Source of the DNA: Octopus vulgaris
Taxonomy: Eukaryota
Direction: 5' to 3'
Assembly (NCBI GenBank): GCA_951406725.2
Contig: OX597814.1
Span: 49,538,001-49,602,000, forward strand
Length of the DNA: 64,000 nucleotides
In this document: positions 1-14,426 of the stretch, one piece after another
Layout of the letters: the number at the start of each line of letters is the position of its first letter
How positions within the stretch are numbered: the first letter of the stretch is position 1
Made by a program: the position numbers and the translations under genes
Notes under the pieces: generated by a model
What the model was told of the DNA's origin: nothing
The model's database searches: none
Seen by the model: the letters and a program-made list of their open reading frames with translations, nothing else

Positions 1-556
1 TACTAGAAATTGTGTTGAAAACTGCCGTTCAAAAGGAAAAGATCCCAAAAGTAACTTGTATAGCGTTAGTGAAACCCAGCAAGTCTTCTGCAACACTTTT
101 TCTGTCTGAGAAACACGAACGTCAATTTTTTAATTGTTCTTCAAGTAAGGGAGACCAATTTTTATTCATAGTGATTTGTAAAATATTTTCTGATTAAAAC
201 TAGTTATTTTGGGGTTTGCTCATTAATCAAGGAAGACAACCAAATGTAAGCAATCACTGTCCATGCTGATTTGATTAAATGTCAAGATGAAGTAGAGAAA
301 TTAACAAGCGTTTTATGTGATGCAGGAATGTACCTACTGAACTAACCGGCCAATAGAAAGTTACTTGCTAACTTATATAAGTTCTATTTTTGGCATATAA
401 TTACAAATTTATTTATTACTGCATTTTCTTAGTTTTCATGACTGGAATTTGTGATGCACTGATATCTTATTTGAAACAAATGAAGAACTTCAGATTTTTA
501 AAAACTATGAGAAAAGTTTCAAATACAACAAACTTGGAAATGAATATTACGTTTGA

Positions 557-1343
557 CTAGCAGTATAACTCGGCCTTGCCCGGGATTAAGTTACGATTAT
601 TAAGCTAATCAAGTTCTTTATTTCAAACCAAACTAAGTAATATCGACTATCAACAAAACACTTTTTGGATCTTTTAACTTTGACCGGCAGTAGAAATTAT
701 TTTAAAAATCTGCTGGTCAAAGTGAAAAGATCCAAAAGATTTTCTATATGACACATTCTACCAGTATACGAAGTTTCAAAGTGTTTAGTTAAAGAAAATT
801 AATTAATCGAGCTGCCCATGAAAAGGAAAAGATCCAAAATGACGCCTAATTTCTAAAAAAAACGGGAAATATATCCAAAATAAATGAAATACGCAAAAAA
901 TTAGGAAGACTCATACATTTTTAAATATTTTATACTAAAGAATAAAACACGATAAACGGGCACTCGCGAATATTAAAGTACGCGTCGGACGAGACAAGGG
1001 GCGGTAACTTGCAAATTCTTGATGGTTTTTAATCAGAATTTTTACTGCGTATACTGGTTTGGGTTAGGGTTAGGTGGTGTGCACTCGCTTTACCTTCGCC
1101 CAATTTATGACGTGATATACAACAGAAATAATTATAAAATAATACAGTAAATATGTTTAAGACGTATGCAAGTTAAGGCACCTCAAAACAAATTTCTTGT
1201 TTTGATAGTAATCCAAATTTTCTGCACCAGTCAATGGCCTTTCCGTTGTTCCCAAATCTCTTCCGAGACGAAATAAGGTTATAGCATTAAAAATTTCCCG
1301 TTCAGGCACAAAATTTTACATAATAGTATATATTAGTTATAGA
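557..1343 (-). mobile_element. Non-autonomous Helitron-like element with internal palindrome
   Basis: Minus strand begins A|TCTATAACTAATATATAC and ends GC-rich hairpin (CCCGGGCAAGGCCGAG) + TTATACTG-CTAG|T; the 3' end is similar to that of 29160-29465; internal inverted repeat 664-690 / 709-736. Confidence 0.65.
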
Positions 1344-1568
1344 TTAACTTTTAAGAAAAAGATTGCGAAACGGTCTTCTTACAATTCGCAGACGATATTG
1401 TCGGGCCCCTTATATCATTAATAATATCTGACTGGTAAAAGTAAGTTACCGCCCCTTAACCGCAATGCCCGTTTTCCGTTTTGTTTTATATTTTAGTACA
1501 AAATATTTAAAAATAGATGAATCTTCCTAATTTTTTGCATACTTCATTTATTTTGGATATATTTCCCA
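863..1568. repeat. Imperfect inverted repeat, arms about 863-1010 and 1443-1568
   Basis: GGGAAATATATCCAAAATAAATGAA...AAGGGGCGGTAACTT versus AAGTTACCGCCCCTT...TTCATTTATTTTGGATATATTTCCC. Confidence 0.8.
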
Positions 1569-2546
1569 TTTCCCTAACTTTTATTTTTCACAAGAAAGCG
1601 TCATGACGCAGTAACTTTATCAGTAAACCTTTTCTGTGGAAATTTACTACACTAGTATCTGAATTTTTTTTTTCGGTCTCATGATTATTTGTATCTATAG
1701 GTATGCTTTAAAAAGACGAGTCATTTTAGGTCTTTGACAATCTCTTATATAATCTATGGAAATGTTACATTTTGTATTCTATTTAATTTTTTATGTGCAT
1801 GTCGTCCAAGTTCACGAAAATTTATATGGTCTAAGAATCAGGAAATATAGTTAGAAATTGTTTCATGCAATCATTGAAACCGATCGATTGATGGATGATT
1901 GTGGGCAGTCTGAAAAGATACTGGAATTTCTGCAGCCATTGATTTATCTTCTTTAAGTTCGAGCGCATTTTAACAGGTACCAAGTAATTAAGATACAATT
2001 ATCCAGGATGCCTTATGTCGCGACCATTAATATCTTGAAATTCAAGTGGTTATTAAGGCCAAAATATATCCAAATTTATTGAAGACAGGAAACCTGGTAA
2101 AAGATTATTCGTTCGCCTTTATATTTAAAAGAACTGCAGCAACTAACACTACACGCATGGAAAGGCTGCTAATAACAAAAATCATGTGAACTTTGCTCGA
2201 CATTAACAGACCATGTGATGATATTAAGCAGGTCGACAAATAAAGTTTACCCCACAAGAAAAGCACAGGAGATTTTAATAAAGACAGACTATATGCCACA
2301 AGACATCTTGTTGAACGTCTATCAACCTGTACAAGCATTTTTTTTTCTCTTTTTGCCGGTAAGATGGAAGGCAAATTTGATTACGATGGTATTTAAACAC
2401 AGAACACAAATAACAAATATTTCACGATTCTGACAAACCTTATATTATTTGCCAACTGAAGGTATATTGTAAGCTGCAATAAGATATTAGTTTTAAATAA
2501 GAGTAACGGTTTTCAATCCCGCCCGCGTCTTACACTCGGTATTACA

Positions 2547-3275
2547 TATTGCATTGAGTCAAAAATTTTGCAATATTTCAAAGACCCTCCCCTTGATTGA
2601 TGAAGCGTCGCGAGCACAGAGAGTGAACCATGGATCAGAACCAAGTAATGATCCGATGGTGATATTTTTCCGCAATCCTAATGTACACCAGCAATGGTTA
2701 AACGAAGACCTGTTTCCGGAACCTGTCGCCAAACATGGGCATTTCGAACTCAAGGTGATTCTCTGCGTCTAGTGGAATTATGAGGGGATAATTCACTACG
2801 ACTTGTTCGGGACGGTCGAACCATCGATGTCAACCTGTACTCCAAACAACTGAAGCGGTTGTATACTATAGTGCGGCAAAATACCTGGCATTGGTTAACA
2901 GAGAGCGAGCTCTTCTGCAGCAAGACAATGCAAGATCTCATACTGCTCGAACGATGCGGAAAAATCTCCAGGAGCTTCAGCGATATACACTTAGCATATA
3001 GTCCGTATCTAGCTCCCTCGGATTATTATTTATTCTGATCACAGGCTCACTTCCTGCACTCATGACGTTTCATCAACCAAGCAGAGGTGGAAACTTCAGT
3101 GAAGGAGTTCTTCGCTTCGAAGGACAAGAACTGGTATCAGCGTGGGATCAAAGAACTTGAAGAAAGGCAGTGCAACACCGTGGCCTCTACATTAATGCTA
3201 AATTGTTCTTGTTGTAACTTGATGAATAAAACAAATATATCAAAATATTGTAAAATTTTTGACTCAGGGACTTTA
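2547..3275 (+). mobile_element. Internally deleted mariner-family DNA transposon relic
   Basis: TIRs TGAGTCAAAAATTTTGCAATATTT (2555-2578) and AAATATTGTAAAATTTTTGACTCA (3243-3266) near TA; decayed transposase KVILCV*WNYEGIIHY, LLQQDNARSH, YSPYLAPSDYYLF, FFASKDKNWYQRGI. Confidence 0.88.
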
Positions 3276-3757
3276 TACTTCATGTGTGTTTGTATATGTG
3301 CTGTAAAAACTAGGAAATATTTTATTTTCCAAATTCATATCTCTGTAGCTGTATCATTAAATTGTTGTTTTCTTTCGAATGCTGAAGCAGTTTTCTTTTC
3401 TTAATTTCTGATGGGTTTGTCAGGGGCTAGTTTCCATAAAATAAGGACAAAATTTTGCCCTCTGGCGGGGAGTTTCCAGTTACTTCTACGTTATAGAAGA
3501 ATAGACTCAAATGGAGTAAACAATAAAATAACAAAGACACTGTTGTAAAAGAAAATATCATTTATACTTTTTTCGTAAGAAATACACCAAACATTTAGAT
3601 TTTTTTTACAAAATAAAAATATAAAGAATAAATAATGACGATGTTGCTGAGAATGCATTGATAGTAATATTTTAAGATATCACACTGTAATGTGAGAATA
3701 GTACTCAGTTATATTTATATCAGTTTGTAAACAATGCTTATATGAGTTTATAATATT

Positions 3758-5730
<1,973 letters not shown>

Positions 5731-5733
5731 TAT

Positions 5734-5808
5734 TTTCTGGCAATTTCGATAATATTCCGCAATGTTCTATATGTTTCTGGAACTTTCCAGAAGCTTCGTT
5801 GTAGTTCC
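5734..5808. promoter_or_regulatory. Extended heat-shock element array
   Basis: Perfect 5-unit core tTTCt gGAAc tTTCc aGAAg cTTCg at 5774-5798; TTC recurs exactly every 10 bp at 5735, 5745, 5755, 5765, 5775, 5785, 5795 and 5805. Confidence 0.8.
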
Positions 5809-6621
5809 ATTAGTTCTTTTACAAATACATTTAAATTTGGATTAACCATTTGCTTAAAATATGTGTATTTCAACGAAAAAAAAAAATACCTGTTTGGCGA
5901 ATATATTCTTAATCTATAACATCGTCGTTGTCGCTGTCATATTATTATGTTATATTGCTTCTCTTTCCTGATACATTTGCTAAACAGCTTAAAATATTTG
6001 TATGGCATATTGACTTCTTTTTTGAAAGGGAAATACTTTTAGAGTAAACAAATTCTCGCTTTGTGAACAAGCCAGTTGCCGCGCTCGCAAGAAATAACAG
6101 CCAAAGTTTACTATATTGTCTGTAAACAAAAGAATGACATCGGAACATTTATCCCCTGGCACAATGAAGGGACCAGAAGATGGTCATGGGCCCCATTTAG
6201 GTTTTCCGGGCACCAAATCGATGTAGTGACTGCGCCTTGCTTTCACTGGCCCTGCCTCCAGTCGAAACGCTCTAGGATATAACAAATGATAATTTCTAGT
6301 AAAAGTCCAACCTTTATTTATAATTAGCAAATCTGCCCATCTACGATGGAGGCATAAAGTGAGAGAGGGAAATCATAACAGCAGTATGTATTGATAAATG
6401 TGTAAATGGGCTTGATAGATTGGAGAAATCACATTATTGTTGGTGATACAGCATTCTGCTGCAGCTATATGACGTGTTAGCGACTAAGTGACATATGATG
6501 ATGATTCACTCCCGAACTGAAATAGGCTCTCTAGATTATGATTGGTTATGTGGACCACTCTTAATGAAAACCAGAGTTTCCTTCGATCACTACATAAAAA
6601 GTATTAAGAAAAAAAAAAAAG

Positions 6622-7075
6622 TTAAATAAATAATAATAATGAAATTATTGTATACAGTACTCAGGTGCGCCACAACTTGTCAGAAGTGCGTATAAAGCAT
6701 ATGCAGTAATGTACAAATGTCTGGAAAGTGAACAGTGTATGAGTCAGGTACATTCTTGCGTGTGTATGGAGGGGAGAAAAACAGGTGTAGTGTAGGCGAA
6801 TCTCAGAAAGCATGGAAGTTTTGAAGGATGCCGTGTTCCGACAACTAACAACTGAAGCCGGCAGTTTGTTCCATACTTCAGCAACTCTTATCGTGAAAAA
6901 ATGTTTCCGAAAGTCATGGGAGCTGTGCTGTTTTCTGACTTTGTAAACATGTCCACGGGTGTTAGACAGGTGGAGTTTGAAAAGGTGCTCAGAGTTATTG
7001 TTAGTAAGATGGTTAATAATTTTATGCGTGTCTGCCAAGTCAGCTGCCAGACGTCGTGTTATTTAGATATACTTT
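6622..7075 (-). mobile_element. 5'-truncated CR1/L2-group LINE 3' end
   Basis: TRGHVYKV...RKHFFTIRVAEVWNKLPASVV...SFK, the typical CR1 ORF2 C-terminus, followed by a 3' UTR and (ATT)n tail. Confidence 0.85.
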
Positions 7076-7169
7076 TATTTTAGTTGTTTACACTATTTTA
7101 CGCTTGTTATACATTCAAAGTTCACAAATTTCCTAATTTAAATTATGAAACATATTCCTTTCGATAATA

Positions 7170-7335
7170 GGGCGGCGAGCTGCCAGAATCGGTATTTCGT
7201 TTGCCGTTACGTTCTGAGTTCAAAATCCGCCAAGGTCGACTTTCGGGGTCGATTAAATAAGAACCGGTTACTTAATCGACTCAATCCCTTTGTCTGTCCT
7301 TGTTTGCCCCCTGTGGGCAGTAAAGAAATAAATAT
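7170..7335 (+). mobile_element. Degenerate tRNA-derived SINE (same family as 44877-45103)
   Basis: B-box-like GAGTTCAAAATCC, then GCCAAGGTCGACTTT...GGGGTCGAT, and tail TGTGGGCAGTAAAGAAATA. Confidence 0.7.
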
Positions 7336-7939
7336 CAATATGATTACAAAACTTCTTGCTGTGAAAAGGGAACAAACAAAAAGACGGACAGACAGATGGA
7401 CATAATGCTCATTATAGTAAGGTAGCAAATCTACCCATCTACGATGGGAAATAAAGGGATAGTATCGCAAATCTAACCCTCCGAATTTACGGTTCGGAAT
7501 CCAGAGTTAATCCTCGTCGCTGGAATTTTAACAAAAAAAAAAAAAAAATCAAAACTCAATATCCACTAAATAATGATACTTTTTCACATTTTCTTTCGCT
7601 AAAAACCTGCCTAATTACCTCCTTCGTAAATCCGAAAAACATCGTGACCATTGGTCCAGTCGTTTGACTATGAAGCGAGAACAGACAGACGGGCATTACG
7701 CCTATTATAGTAAGATAGTATGTTCCTATCAGTTTGTTTACATTCATTACTCATTGTTTATTTCTTACGTGTATCGGTAATGAAAAGGAAAAAAAAAAGT
7801 TTTGTTCAAAATATGAACAAGAATATATTTTACAAAAGAAAGAAAAGAAAAAAGAAAACAAAAAAAAGGGAGGCAATAAAGAAAGAAAAAACCCACCAAT
7901 GCAGCACTAAGTGCTTCAACTAGTTGCACACCACAAGAT

Positions 7940-8162
7940 TCAACGGAGCCTACTGAAGCAAGCCAACGCGCTTGCGGCATTACCACGGGCGATGGCGAGG
8001 CTACGGCGTTGGAGAAGTCAAGTACCCTCACGGACATCATCTAACACCTCGGTGAGGTGAGCTGCCATCGATGACAAGAACTTTGCCGTTAGCGGCCAGT
8101 CCCTCCAAACGTCGCAAACGCCACAGGCTTGGGAGAGATAGTTCACTGTCAGGTCCCGATGG
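7940..8162 (-). mobile_element. 3' fragment of a restriction-like-endonuclease (CRE-like) non-LTR retrotransposon
   Basis: With two compensating 1-nt indels and one stop, it reads HRDLTVNYLSQPVAFATFGGTGPLTAKFLSSMAAHLTEVLDDVREGT*LLQRRSLAIARGNAASALACFSRLR*, matching the PVA.ET.G...QR.S.AI.RGNAAS C-terminus of CRE-type RLE elements. Confidence 0.7.
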
Positions 8163-9365
8163 GTAAGAGGTAGGTGCTTCATCTGGGGCCCCACGGTCTG
8201 TGACTCTTTCTCTCCCTCCCACATCCTGGATGCTGCGGTAAATGGGAGGGTCACTGCTTCCGTAACCGTACGAAAATATAACATAGATTGTCGTTGGTGA
8301 GAGCACTCCAGTGCATTCTTCTTTGTTTCTCAAGTTGTATAGTTAATTACAAGTGATGCCTTAATAACGACATGACTATACTCTCCCTAAATCTTTAACA
8401 ATATACATCATATACACGGTTCGAACCCTGCTGAGAGCTTTTGTCTATTTTCATCCAGGGGTTTGTTAGAAGCACTAGCGTAACTAGAGTGTGCCCCCGT
8501 CCGGAGTGGCCCTTCCGTTTGTTGCCCCCGGATCTCACAAAAAATCACATATTGCCTATAGCAGACCCGAAAGTACCGCCCCTACCCCACCCCTGATACG
8601 CTAGTGGTTGGAAGGTATAGCTGAATTCGTGTAGTAGCAGATCATTAATGTAGGCGTTTTTTGTAAATAATATTATTTTGCTCTTTTGTAAGATGATCCT
8701 GAGACACTATTTTAACCGGTTGAACCCTAAATCTTCCTCACCGCTAGTCGTATCTCACTCATTGTCGTAAAGGCTGTCATTTGGGAACTTCATCTTTTGC
8801 AACCCCACTCACACTCTGGCTGTCTAATGACCCTGGCCAACGCTGGTGGTCAGCAAGATGAGGCGAACTGACATGTGTTATTTTTCATCCCCTACTCACT
8901 TAATGTGTGTATATGAGAAGCACCAGCCCGCTAGAAAGTGGAAGTAACCTCCCACCCTCAGCTTAACCACCACTCTCACTGAAAATATGTAACGGACCAA
9001 CAGAAATCGGACAAACGAGCGGAATTTAGCATATCATCTCACCTGGATCATGATATCGAATTCTGGCTAGAGCCCCAATTCTCCTCAGCAGGTCTTGCTT
9101 TACCCAAAATGAAAAATCCATCTCATCTCGTTGTAATCCGTTACGTCTTGTTTATAGTGATCAAATGTTCGAGCAGCACATTAGCTCACTCTCTCGATCA
9201 AATTGACGTTGTCTGAACAGGTGCACTGTGTACCACGCGTCGGGTGTCGAAGTGATCGCAGAGCCACGTGAGATGAAGTGTTTTGCTCAAGAATACATCG
9301 CACCATCCCGACTAGGAATTGAAATCACGATCTGGCGATCGTAAGTGCAACACTCCAGCCATATA

Positions 9366-9718
9366 GAAGAACTCCGCCGGTTACGACGACGAGGGTTCCG
9401 GTTGATCCGATCGCAGGAACAGCCTGCTCGTGAAATTAACGTGTAAGTGGCTGAGCACTCCACAGACACGTATACCCTTAACGTAGTTCTCGGGGATATT
9501 CAGCGTGACAAGGCCGGCCCTTTGAAATACAGGTACAACAGAAACAGGAAGTAAGAGTGAGAGAAAGTTGTGGTGAAAGAGTACAGCAGGGATCACCACC
9601 ATCCCTGCCGGAGCCTCGTGGAGCTTTAGGTGTTTTCGCTCAATAAACACTCACAACGCCCGGTCTGGGAATCGAAACCGCGAGTCCGCTGCCCTAACCA
9701 CTGGGCCATTGCGCCTCC
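9366..9718 (-). mobile_element. tRNA-derived SINE
   Basis: Minus-strand head GGAGGCGCAATGGCCCAGTGGTTAGGGCAGCGGACTCGCGGTTTCGATTCCCAGACC with A and B boxes; GC-rich body. Confidence 0.85.
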
Positions 9719-9734
9719 TTCTAGCCATATATAT

Positions 9735-10527
9735 ATAATATTATTTAATTATGCACAATATATGTTTCTGTGTGCTACTATTAGTTTCATGCGGCGAATG
9801 TATCTCAGACAGTATTTTTTAAACTCGTCTAGTGCCTTAGCGCAATCTTCAGGCAATGACTACATGGGCATTGCCTGAAGCTAAAAGTAGGAGGATAAGA
9901 AGTGTGAAAAAACAAGAAAAGCTGAGAAAGAAGTAGATATAAACGGTGGAAGGTTGAAAGATTTGAAAATGAAAAATAAAACAGAAAGAAGCAAAAGAAG
10001 TATAATGAGTTTTTTCAGCCATGCATAGCTTACATTTTTTAGATCCCTTGTGGATTTTTCGAAGAAATCAGATCCTTTTCAGGTTTAAGAATTCTACCAC
10101 ACTGCTGAATTCTAGATCTGAAATTTTCAGCGATTGTAAACATATGACTAAGATCCTGTTGGCGAATTGTGAAGTACCATTCTCTCCGAATTGAGCAGCT
10201 GTACCGCAGACTCTAGGCCACTATCCTTAATGCCTTATATTTTCAGTCGAAGGGGACATAACTCTAATTCTACCCTTTCGCTTCATTTTGCTTTCTTTTT
10301 CGTTCTCCGGTTTTTCAATCTTCCACCTTTCATATTTTCTTTCTCAGCTTTTCTCATTTTATTCTCTCTTCTTATCATCCTACTTTTAGCTTGTTACACC
10401 ATGTAGGCATTGCCTGAAGATTGCGCTAAGGCACCAGACGTGTTAAAATATACTGTTTGAGATGCATTCGTCGCATGAAACTAATAGCAGAGCAGAAAAA
10501 TATATATTGTGTTTATTATATAATATT
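9735..10527. mobile_element. Fold-back MITE-like element with about 270-bp terminal inverted repeats
   Basis: GTGCCTTAGCGCAATCTTCAGGCAATG versus CATTGCCTGAAGATTGCGCTAAGGCAC; TATTAGTTTCATGCG versus CGCATGAAACTAATA; purine-rich arm mirrored by a pyrimidine-rich arm. Confidence 0.85.
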
Positions 10528-10600
10528 TATCTCTCACCACATGGAGTGCTTTTTTTAAAAATCTTACCATCATGAAACAGTACATTACACAACACACACT

Positions 10601-10830
10601 CTTTAGGTTCGTTTACGGGAAACGTTTTTGAGTACGCAAATAAAAACTCCTATTTCATTATGTCGGCTACGACATAATGATACCAACTCGCAATAGTAAT
10701 TTTATTGGGTTGTACCGATATAATGTAAGATACAACCCATAAAACTGCTATTGCAAGTTGGTGCCGGTATAATATAAAATAGGAGCTATTATATGTGTAC
10801 TCAAAAACGTTTCCCATAAACGAACTTAAG
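10601..10830. mobile_element. About 230-bp near-palindromic MITE
   Basis: GTTCGTTTACGGGAAACGTTTTTGAGTAC versus GTACTCAAAAACGTTTCCCATAAACGAAC; inner arms GCAATAG..ATTGGGTTGTA versus TACAACCCAT..CTATTGC. Confidence 0.85.
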
Positions 10831-11320
10831 GAATGCATACACACACATATACATATATATAAACGTAAGATCCAAGTATCGAGGTGTAGGAAGAAAGTGA
10901 GCTTCAAGCAATACATAGAAAATATGAAAGAAAACAACTTTCAGGAATAATAGTGGTTGTCTTAAGGCTGTATCATGCGCGGGGACAGAAATAATCGGAC
11001 TGAATACCCGATCGCGCGGTTAAACCATTGGGAGTGAAGGACTCCTAACCTTTGTTAGGGCATCCTTCTAGGAGAAGGCAACTCAGGTAACTGGGATAAC
11101 TCCGACATAAAACCTGCGGCTCAGTGGTTATCGATGATGTTGACTTGTTCTTCTTTTCGGATTAAGGCTGCTGTTGCTTAGTGAGTGGGATTGACTCAGT
11201 GCACAGCCTTTCCTCACTTTTAAAAAAAAATCTTCTTGCACAGGCATTGCATGATAACAACATTGATTAAGCTTCGTGCAATGGCCATACTCGATAACGA
11301 GGGGGCAGCCACCATGCATG

Positions 11321-11372
11321 CATGTATGTATGTATGTATGTATGTATGTATGTATGTATGTATGTATGTATG
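11321..11372. repeat. (TATG)n microsatellite
   Basis: About 12 perfect units. Confidence 0.95.
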
Positions 11373-12299
11373 TGTGCATGCATGCATCCTCTAACCCTTA
11401 TGCCAAACGCTCTCACTGCACTATCCAGTCTCTATCTACTCCCATACAGCTATCGTTCTATCTTTCCTTCACACTGTAGTATATATTCCAACCCAATCCT
11501 AATTCACCGTCTATTCAAAAATGGAACTTGTAACTTCCATTATCCATTGCTTTGGATTATCTTCGAATCTTCACCTATGGAAATGCCAACGGAGTCTTTT
11601 ACCTATGGCTTTAATTCTTTGATCATGGAACTACCAAATACATATAGCTTGCATTCTGGTTTTTCCTCCATTCTCAACGAACTAGTAATTATTAATATGC
11701 TCGATTGGGGACAATTTCCAATTCCACACTTTCTCTCTCACTCCGATGACGGGATACTTACCTTACGTGAATTCTATGCTTAGCTGTCCTAGAAACAGCT
11801 ATAAGAACCTTTACGTATTTATTAAAACTACTCTACACCACGTTTTACTAAATGTTTTAGAATGATACTCAATGTTTTGCTTGTTCCTTATCTGTTATAT
11901 TGTATACCTGCTCAGTGATGAACAATTTCTCGTCACCTTTGATAGACGTTTTCAGCACATTTTTCAGTTACAATTCAAGCCGGAGATTTAGTAGTAAACC
12001 AAACTGAGTACTCATAGTACATACCTATTACATCGATTGACGAAAACTCCAACTCCTTGCGTAGTCTCTCCTCTCCTGTGCGTGCGCGCGCGCGTGTGAT
12101 ACAAAGGTATTATAAGAATACAATCTCAGTTACATATTAGAATCAGCCGACCTCAAAAAAGTAGATTCATTCTAAAAGACAAAACACCAAAAACTAGAAA
12201 CAAACAATTGTTTTTAAAAATATCAACATCGAACAACTAAAAGAAATAAAATAAACAAGTAAATATTCCACAGAAAATAGTAAATTGCCAAATATTTTT

Positions 12300-14092
12300 T
12301 TCCAACATAAGCCAGAAAACTAATAGTAAAATATTATAAAAGTAATTTGCACTTCCAACAATAACAATCACTTCATACCTATGTCATAATAACAAATTCT
12401 AATAATGTATTCAAGGATCAACGCTAGGAGAGAATCGGAGAGGTAGGTGAATTGCACTCCGTTCCCCATACCTCACATACTGCAAGACTAAGTTAAGGCC
12501 TTTTGCAAACATTTCTCGAAAATCAGCCTCTCAAAACCACACAAATGAGACAGTCACACAAAACAAAATACACAGCTTCCACCAATACATGATTTGATCA
12601 CGTTCTTCTTATCAGATACCCCCAAAACAATACAGAAACCTGAAAGCTCAAAAAACCATAGCTAGATAAAATCACGAACACACGAAGGAATTAATGCATA
12701 CATTTACAATTACTTATACCAACACTCAAATTCTCAGAGTCTGTAAGCTTCGCAAAATTATAGCAATCCCAAAGCTGAGAGAAAATCCATCATACAGGTC
12801 CACTACCCTCCTAAGCACAATTTTAGAAAGGCAAATCGTTGATATAATGAAACCACACGAACTTACACCGCTACACTCAAACACCAGACAACTCAAAGAC
12901 GTAATATAGAAAACAGATGACGGCTTCAACAAAATAAATAAATAACTCTCTCTCTCTCACAAACCATTTTAACTGCCATCAACATGAGCTAGGCTTTCAA
13001 CTTTACTCCATATTTTGAGGCCATACTAAAAATACACGACACTCTACGAAACAGCACAATAGCAACGACTTGTCAGGCCACCAGGCAATATTTCAGGTTC
13101 TGAAAATATGAACCATATTTAAAGAAGCGCAATATCTAGAGTGGTGTAGTAAAGGGAGCTATCATTTCAATCTTAACAGTCTATATCTGCACGACATTCC
13201 TACACTACTATATAACATTCTTCTCTAGACACTATTGTACATATATTCTAACTCCATTTGAAACCTGGTTATACAAGAGACTTAAAGGAGCACAAACTAA
13301 ATTCGCTGTTTCCTTTCTTACGATTAGCAGCAACACTAGAACACATAAACTACAACCAAACAAAACACTCAATAACACAAACGTTCGACACAGAGGAATA
13401 AAAATAGTATGAGTTACTTTCACATCGTCCTCAACTTTAACAACGTACATAGTAAAGAAAGCAAAACAATGCACAAACAACTTGATCAACGAAAAGAAAT
13501 AACAACAATAGTGTTAAAAGACATTAAATCTACCATCGACTATACTAGTTTTTTTTTGGGGGGGGGGGTTTCTGGGGCCGCAACACTTCTACAAACCTGT
13601 ATGAACTACAAAGAACACAAAACAGCGCTCTACGCAAACATTACAGATTATGTACATACCTGATCCACGAGCCAACAGCACAATGGAACAAAAATACTAA
13701 AAAATGAAAGACTACCTGCAAAAAGGTACAGTCTGTTGTTGCAGAAATCCACCACCAAACATCCAGATGCGTATAAAATAACCCATTTCACAACTACAAC
13801 ATTCTAAAAGCACTATCTTGCACATGTGCCAGTTTGCATACCACCAAGAAGTGCACCGACCCCTTCCGACGAAGTCACCTCCCACGCCTTCCTGTTGACA
13901 CCACCAGAAAATGATCAGTGAAGAGAACAATATGTCTAGTCTGTCATATTGTACCCTATGCGATTCGTCACTGTGTGTTGAAGTATGCAGTATAATTCTC
14001 GATCAGACGGAGACGTAACTAGGAAGTTGGTACTGTCGTTCAGCCGACATAGGATTGCTCGCTCAAGGCTGACATGGATGTACACAACAACG
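12300..14092 (+). mobile_element. Highly decayed I/Jockey-group LINE reverse transcriptase region
   Basis: KIIAIPKLRENPSYRSTTLLSTILER (cf. KIIPIPKPGK..SYRPISLLS...LER), PLHSNT, DGFNK..TILTAINMS*AFN (cf. D.SKAFD); A/C-skewed strand; CAA-type tail near 14085. Confidence 0.6.
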
Positions 14093-14426
14093 AACATCTT
14101 AGCACTACAAGAGTTTTGATGACAAAATTTCCCATTTGTCTAACTTTTTCCTCCCTCCCACTTTTTTTTTTTCAAGTGAAGTTTTTAAAGAAATTTTATC
14201 TAGAAACTGTGACACTCATGGCTTTGTGTCACATCGAGAGTATGTTTCGAAAAACTACAATGTCAACTCATTTGCTTTAGATAAAATTACAAATAAAAAG
14301 CACACCGTTAAACATACAACTTAATCACGTAGTTCTGTTTTTGCAATAAATAATAGTTTGTTGTTTTTCTTGTGATTACTGAGATAAACATTTCTCGCAC
14401 AAGCTGTTGTCATGGTAAAATATATG

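Larger units (their letters stand above)
6324..7715 (-). mobile_element. Two head-to-tail non-autonomous Helitron copies (about 6324-7421, interrupted, and 7422-7715)
   Basis: 5' ends (T/C)CTTACTATAAT followed by GTCTGTC repeats at 7715 and about 7421; 3' ends CCCATCgtaGATGGG-type hairpin + AGATTTGCTA at 7423-7447 and 6325-6349. Confidence 0.6.

Noticed and set aside
1058-1078. Telomere-like GGGTTAGGGTTAGG
   Set aside because: Only about two units, inside a Helitron-like element; not an interstitial telomere array.
1860-2440. Possible piggyBac-like transposase remnant (YPTRK, TGDFNKDRL)
   Set aside because: Too decayed; no catalytic motif or termini could be confirmed by eye.
9660-9718. tRNA genes (also about 34890-34958 and other A/B-box hits)
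   Set aside because: These are SINE heads with incomplete cloverleaves attached to repeat bodies.
11128-11783. ORFs with MYVC/HTYI repeats
   Set aside because: Translation artefacts of the (TATG)n microsatellite.
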